This document shows, piece after piece, positions 9,519 through 17,910 of a DNA stretch of 64,000 nt. Below the pieces are notes generated by a model that saw only the letters and a program-made list of their open reading frames with translations, made no database searches and was not told the origin of the DNA. The stretch comes from Candidatus Obscuribacteraceae bacterium (lineage in GTDB: Bacteria > Cyanobacteriota > Vampirovibrionia > Obscuribacterales > Obscuribacteraceae), in NCBI GenBank assembly GCA_044229845.1, contig JBGASG010000006.1, positions 1 through 64,000 of the forward strand, given 5' to 3'. How positions within the stretch are numbered: position 1 is the first letter of the stretch; each line of letters starts with the position of its first letter. The position numbers and the translations under genes are program-made.

Positions 9519-10502
9519 TTGTCCGTGATTCTCGCCCTGTCATTGGGGTTCAACATTGCGGGCATCGTGTTTCTTTGCTTGTTTGTAGATGCCAAACATG
9601 ACATCAAGACTCTCAAGCGTGAACGCAAACAGTTGGAATACAACTTGATGGTCTCCGCGCAGGCGGCGCTGGCGGCGCGCGAAGAAGCGTACGCGGCGCA
9701 GCATTCACCGGCAGCCTTGAGCGCGGCGACAGCCCAACGTCTTGCAGAACGCGTGGAGCACAGATCATTTGTCAGCCTGTTGGATGGAGTCCCCGACGAA
9801 GTGGGACTGCAACTGCCGAAGGCGCAGGCACCGGGCGGATGCACGTTGATCGTCTATTTCCACGGCATGGGTTCCAACTTCATGCAACCATTTGTGATGC
9901 CTGCTGATGTCTCGGCATCGACGGCATTCGAAAACGTTGATCCGAATACCTGCATCCTTTCCTGTAATTACCGCAAGGAATCATCATGGGGCAATGATGC
10001 TGCGGTCTCCGACATCAATCAGAATATCCGCCACATCATGCAGGAGATGCCTTGCAAAAACATCGTTCTGGCAGGCGGCTCGATGGGCGCTTGCACTGCA
10101 CTGGGATACGCCGCCCAGGCACCGGCCGACATTCGCGAAAAGCTGGTGGGGATTATGGTATTTCAGGGCTCCGGCGATTTGAGCGCGGTGTACAAACAGA
10201 CTTCGCTGGAAGCAATCCGCATTTGCATGAAGGAGTCATTTGGTGGCTCGCCCGAAGAAGTCCCCGATGTGTACCTCAAGAAGAGCCTGATTCACAACAT
10301 CGACAAGTTGCCACCACATCTACGGATCGCGATTGTCTCCACCGATGCCGATCCGATTATTCCGTCAGCATTGCAGTTTGATGTCGCCGACAAGTTACTC
10401 GAAAAGCATTTCGCCGTAAAACACATCAGACTGCATGGCGATCACACGCCACCACCGGCGCCTGCGTATGCTGAAGCGTATGCCTTCGTGCAAAACAAGT
10501 AG
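9519..10502 (+). CDS. Alpha/beta hydrolase with N-terminal membrane anchor and coiled coil
   Basis: YFHGMG, GGSMG nucleophile elbow, DADPII, GDH; TTG start uncertain. Confidence 0.8.
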   Translation: MSVILALSLGFNIAGIVFLCLFVDAKHDIKTLKRERKQLEYNLMVSAQAALAAREEAYAAQHSPAALSAATAQRLAERVEHRSFVSLLDGVPDEVGLQLPKAQAPGGCTLIVYFHGMGSNFMQPFVMPADVSASTAFENVDPNTCILSCNYRKESSWGNDAAVSDINQNIRHIMQEMPCKNIVLAGGSMGACTALGYAAQAPADIREKLVGIMVFQGSGDLSAVYKQTSLEAIRICMKESFGGSPEEVPDVYLKKSLIHNIDKLPPHLRIAIVSTDADPIIPSALQFDVADKLLEKHFAVKHIRLHGDHTPPPAPAYAEAYAFVQNK

Positions 10503-10588
10503 ATTTTAAAATAGCTCAGCGGAACAAGCAGTTGCCACGTTCAGTCGTTAGGTGCGTACTACCCTTCAGCAGCATTGGGAGAACACCT

Positions 10589-11002
10589 ATGTTTTCAAAC
10601 GGCGTTAAGGCGCTGTCGGCCGCCATGCTGATCACGATGATCAGCACCATTCCGGCTCTGGCAGATCCGCACCACGGCTACTATGACAACAATCATCGCT
10701 GGCACGATGGCGATTACCACGGCAACGGAAAAGGCTGGGGACACAAGAAATACAAGAAGTACTGGAAGAAACAGACTTGGAACGATGATCGCGCCCTCTA
10801 TCGCAAAAACTGGGGACGCATGAACTCCGCTCAGCGTGCTCAGTTCGACGCTCAGATGCGCGCTCAGTGGCTTGCCTATCATCACAATCGCTGGAACGGC
10901 AACTATTCGTGGAGCAGCTACAACGACCCGGCATTTCTGGATTACGTGCATAACAACAATCCGAGTCTGCTGACCAGCATTCGCTCGATTATCGGATTCT
11001 AG
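10589..11002 (+). CDS. Secreted His/Trp/Asn/Tyr-rich small protein
   Basis: GGAGA RBS before ATG 10589; signal peptide ending PALA; mature part DPHHGYYDNNHRWHDGDYHG... Confidence 0.75.
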   Translation: MFSNGVKALSAAMLITMISTIPALADPHHGYYDNNHRWHDGDYHGNGKGWGHKKYKKYWKKQTWNDDRALYRKNWGRMNSAQRAQFDAQMRAQWLAYHHNRWNGNYSWSSYNDPAFLDYVHNNNPSLLTSIRSIIGF

Positions 11003-11056
11003 CCTAAACGTGGAGCACCAGATTTGGTGCCAAAACGTTCAACGACAAATTAGCAG

Positions 11057-11090
11057 CGGCGCGCCCGAGAGGGTGCGCCGTTTCTTCCTT
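11057..11090 (+). terminator. Intrinsic terminator
   Basis: Stem CGGCGCGCCC / GGGTGCGCCG with GAGA tetraloop, followed by TTTCTTCCTT. Confidence 0.75.
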
Positions 11091-11138
11091 CTTGATTTGC
11101 ACGCTGATTCGCCTTAAGCTTATCTACAGAGGAAGACA

Positions 11139-13193
11139 ATGGACCGAGATCGCGAAGATCAAGACTCTCAGTTGCTCGGGACTACGTTCGCGCCGTCCTA
11201 CGAGATCATGTCGATTCTGGGCAAGGGTGCATCTTCCGTCGTCTACCGGGCTCGATTCATACCTATGGATCAGCTGGTGGCCATCAAGGTTTTGAATCAA
11301 GGGAACTTCGACGAGAAGGCGATGCGCACCCTGAAAAGAGAGATTCGCCACGCCGGTAAACTCAAACATCCTAACGTCGCGGGTCCACTGCGAGTGGAAT
11401 TTTCCGAGGACGGCACGCCGTTTCTCGTCGCTGAACTGGTGGAAGGCATTTCTTTAAGCGAGCTTCTGGATCAACGCGGCAGACTACACGAAGAAGAGTT
11501 TCTCAACTTATTCGATCAGGTGATGAGCGGGTTGGAGCACGCACATTCACACGGTATCGTGCATTGCGATCTAAAACCCAGCAACATCATGGTGCAAATC
11601 AAGGATAGAGAAATTGCCGGCGCCAAGATTGTGGACTTCGGCATATCTAAATCGTTGAGCAGCGACACGGTTGCCACCGTCAGCGACGGTTCCAGTTCTA
11701 GTGGTGGAGTTTTCGGAACACCGGCATACATGAGCCCCGAGCAATGCCAGGGAAAACGTCCGGACATCAGCTCGGATATATACTCCCTGGGGTGTGTGAT
11801 GTACGAGTGCATCACAGGGGTCCAAGCCTTCGAAGGCGAGTCTGCGTTCGAGCTAATCACGGCGCACGTGAATGTAGATCCAAAAGAGCCGACAATCGTG
11901 GTGCCGGATCTAAAAGTAAGCACCGCCGTGCAGAATGGCATCATGAGTGCTTTGCAAAAAGATCCACGTCAACGCCCGGGCTCTGTAGCAGAATTGCGTG
12001 CCGCACTGCAAGGCTTTGGGCCGGTGGTGCGGATGCGCGGCGGCACCAGATCAGCTTTTTTGGCTAAGACAATTGCCGTTCCAGTAATGATCTGCTTCAT
12101 TCTGGCCACAGGCTGTGTGGGGTATCTCTACTTTCAATCGCCCAACGTGCAATCAAACTTGGGCACTGCCACACCAGATGCTCCGGGTGCGCTGAAATCC
12201 ACTCTGCCGTCAACTGCCAAAGGACTCTTCATAGCCGGAGATGACGCTCAGCGACTGGATAAACACCAACAAGCAGCAGAGCTCTTTGCTCTCGCAGATA
12301 CAGCCGCAGCGAAGGAGAAACGAACAGACAAAGACAGCGTGTTGTTTCGAATCAAGATCAAGGAGAACCTGGCGCGAGAACTATTGGTGCTCAAAAAGGT
12401 TGGAGAAGCTGGCGATGTCTACGCTGACGCCATAAAGCTGGTGGCACCAGTTAACCAGATCAAACACATTGCACTGCTTATGTCGTTGTCGCAAAATCTT
12501 GAGGAACGCGGTGAGCATGCCGCGGCCGTTGCACAGGCTAAGAAAGCGATTGCTATAGCAGAGATGCGTGTTAAGTCTCTTTCTGGAGCTACGGAGATCG
12601 AGGGTGGTCACAAGCAGTGCAGCGCGGCGTGGAAAAATCTCGCGCAGATACACGCGTTAGGGAAGGAGTTCAGCGATGCGGAGCGCGCCTGGCAGAACGT
12701 ATTGACGCACCACAAGCATCAGATCAGCGTCCACAATCGTCTATTGGATCTTCGCGAATGCGCTCAGTTCTACGTCAGCCAGGGACACTTTCCAGATGCC
12801 GAAAAGAAAATGCGCGAGTACATGAAACTGGCTGCGACATACGGCAACAATGCTGAAGACTTGAGTGAAGTGGCTTACGGACACGAGGTGTTCGGAGACA
12901 TTCTCATGGCACGCGACCGTAAGGAGGCTGACCTCGAGTATGTTCGGTCAATCGAGGCTTCCGAGGTGTACGGTAGCTCGGCGTTGCATTACAACCTCGC
13001 CACTCGACTCTACAAGCGATACATGAATATGTACGCCATGGGCAAGGTCAAAGAAGGCGATGAACTCTGGCGTGAGTCAGAGAAGGAGTTCGCGTTGATC
13101 GCCTACCCGCAGTCGAAGTCAATTCCATTGAATGCCGCAGCGCGAGCAGCCGCCAGGGCGGCCGTGCGCTCCGCTCCCAACTTGCAACAGTAG
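11139..13193 (+). CDS. Ser/Thr protein kinase (non-RD, HCD) with TM helix and TPR-like domain
   Basis: GKGASSVVY, AIK, HCDLKPSN, DFG, GTPAYMSPEQ; TM IAVPVMICFILATGCVGYLYF. Confidence 0.93.
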   Translation: MDRDREDQDSQLLGTTFAPSYEIMSILGKGASSVVYRARFIPMDQLVAIKVLNQGNFDEKAMRTLKREIRHAGKLKHPNVAGPLRVEFSEDGTPFLVAELVEGISLSELLDQRGRLHEEEFLNLFDQVMSGLEHAHSHGIVHCDLKPSNIMVQIKDREIAGAKIVDFGISKSLSSDTVATVSDGSSSSGGVFGTPAYMSPEQCQGKRPDISSDIYSLGCVMYECITGVQAFEGESAFELITAHVNVDPKEPTIVVPDLKVSTAVQNGIMSALQKDPRQRPGSVAELRAALQGFGPVVRMRGGTRSAFLAKTIAVPVMICFILATGCVGYLYFQSPNVQSNLGTATPDAPGALKSTLPSTAKGLFIAGDDAQRLDKHQQAAELFALADTAAAKEKRTDKDSVLFRIKIKENLARELLVLKKVGEAGDVYADAIKLVAPVNQIKHIALLMSLSQNLEERGEHAAAVAQAKKAIAIAEMRVKSLSGATEIEGGHKQCSAAWKNLAQIHALGKEFSDAERAWQNVLTHHKHQISVHNRLLDLRECAQFYVSQGHFPDAEKKMREYMKLAATYGNNAEDLSEVAYGHEVFGDILMARDRKEADLEYVRSIEASEVYGSSALHYNLATRLYKRYMNMYAMGKVKEGDELWRESEKEFALIAYPQSKSIPLNAAARAAARAAVRSAPNLQQ

Positions 13194-13221
13194 GGGTAAT
13201 CTCGCACTTTTGTCTCGCACC

Positions 13222-13261
13222 AGTTTCGAGTGCAGGACTGGCCATTTCTGCACTCGAAACT
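13222..13261. other. Perfect 14-bp hairpin downstream of the kinase gene
   Basis: AGTTTCGAGTGCAG, 12-nt loop, CTGCACTCGAAACT; no U tract. Confidence 0.6.
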
Positions 13262-13573
13262 CATGTCAAGCATGAATCCGAGTGCGGATTGGTTTCTAAC
13301 TTCGTCCGACGAACGCCAATACGGTCACGTGTCTCTGTACGGGGCCGAAAGTGAGATAACCGGCCCAGCAGTGGGCCTCCTTCAGCGTTTTTACTCGTCT
13401 GGGGAAGTCTGCTGGCCCCCTACGGGGCCGCCTATATAGGTTTGCAGCCAGCGTTGGCAAATTCAGGCTGGGGTAGATTAAAAATAGAAGAAATAGCCGG
13501 TTTATTTTGAACTTTTTGAGGGGTTGCGACGTATTAGATACTGGCGCCCTCACCTTTTGACCCCGAGGTCCCT

Positions 13574-15190
13574 ATGAAGTTACTCCCAGCCCTGCTTTCG
13601 GCACTGCTTCTGTTGCCGCAAGCTCAAATCTCCCAGGCGCAGAACCTGACGGAGTCGGACCAGCAAATCAGTCATGTACTCAACCGGCTGACTTTCGGCG
13701 CTCGCCCCGGAGATGTCGAAAAGGTGCGCAGCATTGGCATTCAGAAGTTTATCGAAGCGCAGCTCAATCCCAGCACTCTGGCAGAATCGCCAGTGGTTAC
13801 GGAACAGCTGCAGCGTACCGCCGAGTTACGCGGTCCGGCAGCCCAGCTGATCGGGCAGTATCAGGAATTTCGCAAGCAAGCAAAAGCCGCTAAACGCGCC
13901 GCCCAGGGCGTTGGCGATAATGCGGCCGGCGGCGGCAAAGGCAAGAAGGCATTGGCGCTCGCCGCCCAGAACCAGGCGGGCACAACCGCTGACGGAATTC
14001 AGGAATTTGGCGGCAACGCCAAACGGGCCGCCAAAAAGCGCATGGCGGCGAACGGCGCCAAAAACCCCCGGCAATTCGTCGAAGCCGGCGTGGTCGAAAC
14101 CAAGCTGGTGCGCGCCGTCGAAAGTCCCCGTCAATTGAATGAGTTGATGGACGACTTCTGGTTCAACCACTTCAACGTTTGCATGAACAAGGGTCTCGAT
14201 CGCGTTTTGATCGGCGCTTATGAAGAACAGGCGATTCGCCCGTACGCCATGGGCAATTTCCGCGACCTGCTCGGTGCCACCATGCACCATCCGGCGATGA
14301 TGTTCTATCTGGACAACGCACAAAATACGAAGGCTGGATTTCAGTCCGACAATCCCAAAAACAAGAAGCGCGGCATCAACGAAAACTATGCGCGTGAGCT
14401 TCTAGAGTTGCACACGCTGGGAGTGGACGGCGGTTATACACAGAAGGACGTGATGGAACTGGCACGCGTGCTTACCGGCTGGGGCATGCCCGGTCCGCGC
14501 GCCCTCACTTCCGGTAACGGCACATGGGCAACATTCGACGAGCGTCGTCACGACTTCGGCGACAAAGTGGTGCTCGGACAAACAATCAAAGGCACTGGTG
14601 CACAAGAGATCGAGCAAGTGCTGGACATGCTCGCCAAGCATCCGTCGACAGCACATCACCTCAGCTATCAGCTGGCGCAATACTTCGTAGCGGATGAACC
14701 ACCGGACAGCCTGGTGCAAAAGCTGACCGAGCGCTATAACCAGACCAACGGCAACATCAAGCTGATGCTGACCACGCTGTTTGCCAGTCCGGAATTCTGG
14801 GACACCAAGTATCAAAATAACAAGTTCAAGACACCGTTCCACTACACAGTTTCGGCGTATCGAGCCACCGGCTCGCACGTCGACCAGGCAAAGATCGTCG
14901 CCAACTTTTTGAAGTTGCAAGGTCAGCCGGTTTACGCTTGCCTGACACCGGACGGTTATAAAAACACCAAAGCAGCCTGGCTCAACCCTGATGGATTGCT
15001 GAAGCGCATGGACTTTGCCACCCGGTTAGCCGGGCAGCAGATCCGCACAAGCGGTGTCAGCTATCAATCAATTGCCGCCACCGTAAACGGTGGCAAGCTC
15101 TCAGACAAAACACAGAAGGCCATCGACAGCGCACCCGAGTTTCAGAAAGTTGCCGCTCTAATCGGCAGCCCTGAATTCATGCATTACTGA
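13574..15190 (+). CDS. DUF1800 family exported protein
   Basis: Signal peptide; HVLNRLTFG, FWFNHFN, MMFYLDN, NENYARELLELHTLG, ALIGSPEF. Confidence 0.92.
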   Translation: MKLLPALLSALLLLPQAQISQAQNLTESDQQISHVLNRLTFGARPGDVEKVRSIGIQKFIEAQLNPSTLAESPVVTEQLQRTAELRGPAAQLIGQYQEFRKQAKAAKRAAQGVGDNAAGGGKGKKALALAAQNQAGTTADGIQEFGGNAKRAAKKRMAANGAKNPRQFVEAGVVETKLVRAVESPRQLNELMDDFWFNHFNVCMNKGLDRVLIGAYEEQAIRPYAMGNFRDLLGATMHHPAMMFYLDNAQNTKAGFQSDNPKNKKRGINENYARELLELHTLGVDGGYTQKDVMELARVLTGWGMPGPRALTSGNGTWATFDERRHDFGDKVVLGQTIKGTGAQEIEQVLDMLAKHPSTAHHLSYQLAQYFVADEPPDSLVQKLTERYNQTNGNIKLMLTTLFASPEFWDTKYQNNKFKTPFHYTVSAYRATGSHVDQAKIVANFLKLQGQPVYACLTPDGYKNTKAAWLNPDGLLKRMDFATRLAGQQIRTSGVSYQSIAATVNGGKLSDKTQKAIDSAPEFQKVAALIGSPEFMHY

Positions 15191-15200
15191 GGAGAACATC

Positions 15201-16478
15201 ATGAACCGTCGCGATTTCCTTAGAGCCGCCCTCCTCTCACCGCTTGCCATGCCGCTTCTGGCACCCCGCGGCTGGACGTTTTCCAATGGGAAGGAAGATC
15301 CCAGTGGGCAAAAGCTGATTGTCGTACTGCTACGCGGTGGCGTCGATGGTTTGAACGTGGTTGCACCTTACGGCGACAACCGCTATCAACAGATTCGACC
15401 GACGATCGGCATGTCTCGCAGCTCCGGACTGATTGATCTGGATGGCTACTGGGGCATGCACCCGGCCTTGGCGCCGTTGCAGCCGTTATTCAAAAGTAAG
15501 TCGCTGGCGTTTGTGCATGCCTGCGGCTCGCCCGACAAGACTCGCAGTCACTTTGACGCACAAGACTATATGGAGTCAGGCGTACCCGGTCAGAAAGCAG
15601 TCAGCACCGGCTGGATGAATCGCATGGTCGGCCAGCTGCCTTCGAAGAACTCGCCGATTCAAGCAATCAGTGTTGGACCCGTGCTGCCGCGCATTTGCTC
15701 CGGACCAGCCACGGTTGCCACCATTGCCAAAGGCGCCGGCGGCGGCGGCAAAGGCGCGCGTGGACTGAACAAGCGTGGACTGGTGGCAAGCGCCGATGTA
15801 CCGAAAGTATTCAGCGACATGTACGGCGGTCGCGGCGACGATCTGGGCAAAGCCTTTGCCGACGGGTCAGCGGCACGCACAAAAGTTGACGGCATCATGC
15901 GGCAAGCGGCCGCTGAGGAAGAGCCGATGACACGCGAACAGATGCTGGCCAATCGTGGCGCACTGACACCGAATTCGTCGCCCGATTTCGGCAAGCAGCT
16001 ATCGACCCTGTTCACTCGCGATCCCTCGATTCAGGTAGCGTTCATCGACTTTGGCGGCTGGGATACTCACGTGCGCGAAGGCGCTGAACAAGGACAACTG
16101 GCCAATCACCTCAAACCTCTGGCCAGCGGACTTGCCGACCTGGCGCGCGGGTTGGGTCCTGTATACAACAACACCACCATTGTGGTCATGTCCGAATTTG
16201 GACGCACCGCCAAGGAAAACGGCAACGGCGGCACCGACCATGGTCACGGCAACGCGCTCTGGCTGATGGGTGGTGGCATAAGTGGTGGCAAGGTCTATGG
16301 ACGCTTCGGCGGACTGGCCGACAATCAGTTGAACGAAGCTCGCGATTTGCCGACCAGCACCGACTTCCGCGCCGTGCTATCGGAAGTGCTGGGCGATCGC
16401 CTCGGACTGTCGAAGAAACAACTGGCGGTCATCTTCCCAGGCTTCCAGTCGACCGGCAATCCTTTTGTGCAAGTCTAA
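15201..16478 (+). CDS. DUF1501 family protein with Tat signal
   Basis: MNRRDFL; LRGGVDGLN, RSHFDAQ, GGWDTH, SEFGRT...GTDHG. Confidence 0.92.
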   Translation: MNRRDFLRAALLSPLAMPLLAPRGWTFSNGKEDPSGQKLIVVLLRGGVDGLNVVAPYGDNRYQQIRPTIGMSRSSGLIDLDGYWGMHPALAPLQPLFKSKSLAFVHACGSPDKTRSHFDAQDYMESGVPGQKAVSTGWMNRMVGQLPSKNSPIQAISVGPVLPRICSGPATVATIAKGAGGGGKGARGLNKRGLVASADVPKVFSDMYGGRGDDLGKAFADGSAARTKVDGIMRQAAAEEEPMTREQMLANRGALTPNSSPDFGKQLSTLFTRDPSIQVAFIDFGGWDTHVREGAEQGQLANHLKPLASGLADLARGLGPVYNNTTIVVMSEFGRTAKENGNGGTDHGHGNALWLMGGGISGGKVYGRFGGLADNQLNEARDLPTSTDFRAVLSEVLGDRLGLSKKQLAVIFPGFQSTGNPFVQV

Positions 16479-16500
16479 GTAAGTACGGAGCATTCATCCC

Positions 16501-17223
16501 ATGAGAAACGCGAAGCACCTCCTCTCCCTGGCTATTGCCGCTTTGATCGCGGCGCCGCTTGCACCGGCGACGGCACTGGCAGACAACGACTATGCACCGA
16601 CTCTTTCCCCGACGTCCGAACCGGCGCCGCCGCCGGTGGATGTTACCGGTGCCGGCGGGAATCCCATGATGCAAGGACGCGGTGCGATGCGCGGCGGTGG
16701 ACAGGGGGGGTTTCAGGGCGGCGGTCGGCGAATGAAAGGCGGCGGCGGCAAACGCGGTGGTGCCGGCAGACAGCGCATGATGGCGCGCTTCGACACGAAC
16801 GGCGACGGCGTTCTTGATGACAACGAGAAACAGGCGCTCAGACAATTCCGCGCCGCGCACGGTAAAGGCAAAGGCGGCGGCGGCGGTGGTGCTGGCGGTG
16901 CGAACAGCAATGCGCCCACGGTCGGCAATCACTACAATGGCTTCCCGGGCACGTCCGCCGGAATCACAAATGGACTGGGCGGTGCGGCAGGCGGCGCCGC
17001 TGGCGGACCGAATCTCGCCCGAGGCGGCGGTGGCGGAGGTGGTGCCGGCGGCATGAACAAAGAAGCCCGCCGACAAAAATTGATCCAACGGTTTGATACC
17101 AATGGTGATGGCAAGCTGGACGGCAACGAGCAAGCCGCCGCTGATGCGTTTCGTGCCCAGCGCCGCCAACAGAAAATGATGAAAATGCAGCAAGGCGCAG
17201 CCGGCGCGGGCGTGACGCCCTGA
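16501..17223 (+). CDS. Secreted Gly-rich EF-hand protein
   Basis: Signal peptide; EF loops DTNGDGVLDDNE and DTNGDGKLDGNE separated by Gly-rich linkers. Confidence 0.8.
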   Translation: MRNAKHLLSLAIAALIAAPLAPATALADNDYAPTLSPTSEPAPPPVDVTGAGGNPMMQGRGAMRGGGQGGFQGGGRRMKGGGGKRGGAGRQRMMARFDTNGDGVLDDNEKQALRQFRAAHGKGKGGGGGGAGGANSNAPTVGNHYNGFPGTSAGITNGLGGAAGGAAGGPNLARGGGGGGGAGGMNKEARRQKLIQRFDTNGDGKLDGNEQAAADAFRAQRRQQKMMKMQQGAAGAGVTP

Positions 17224-17317
17224 GCGAGCAGCCTGTGCGCCGAAGGTCCTATTAGAATCCAGCAGCTTTTGATATCCTTATTGAGGCATATCCTCCGGCA
17301 GAGGCGCTGGTTGGCAA

Positions 17318-17758
17318 TTGATTAACGGAATCAAAGCTCAGTTCCCTCAAGGTCTTTTCAGACCTCCGGCCACTGCCGACGAAATTCTCTGGGCAGAGCG
17401 CCAGCTCAAGCTCCATCTGCCGGAGCCGCTGCGCAAGATGTATCTGGCTTTCGATGGCTTCCGGGACGCTACCTCCGGCTCGGCCTATCTGCTGCCCCTG
17501 ACTGTCGATGAGGGCGCCGGGTCGCTGGTCGCCACCAACATCTTCTTTCGTGACAACTATTCAGCCATCTATCCGCACCTGAATCTGAAACGCTTCATCT
17601 TCTTCGGTATGTCCGGTGGGGACAAATATTTCGGTATCAATCTCGACAATCCTTCCGAGATCATCGCCTACGACCTGGAAGTAGGAACCAAATATGAAGT
17701 GATCGGCTCCGATATCCTGCAAGTCTACGCAACAGATCAGAAGCAGTATATTCACTGA
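17318..17758 (+). CDS. SMI1/KNR4 (SUKH) family protein
   Basis: PPATADEI..AERQL.L.LPE.LR..Y...DG pattern; FFG..GGD.Y. Confidence 0.85.
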   Translation: MINGIKAQFPQGLFRPPATADEILWAERQLKLHLPEPLRKMYLAFDGFRDATSGSAYLLPLTVDEGAGSLVATNIFFRDNYSAIYPHLNLKRFIFFGMSGGDKYFGINLDNPSEIIAYDLEVGTKYEVIGSDILQVYATDQKQYIH

Positions 17759-17910
17759 CCGAAGCCCAGTTGTCTCTGACACTACCAGTGGTGCCGAGGC
17801 TCAAGCGATATCGATCGAGTTCCACCTCCAAGCGGTATCGGATATCGTTGATATTGCTGATTGCCTGACTCTGGATAAAATGACAAAATGCCATATGTCC
17901 AAAGTTCCTA

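Noticed and set aside
17269..17279. TTGATATCCTT identical to one arm of the 54770-54806 inverted repeat
   Set aside because: A single half-site without its partner arm; may be chance
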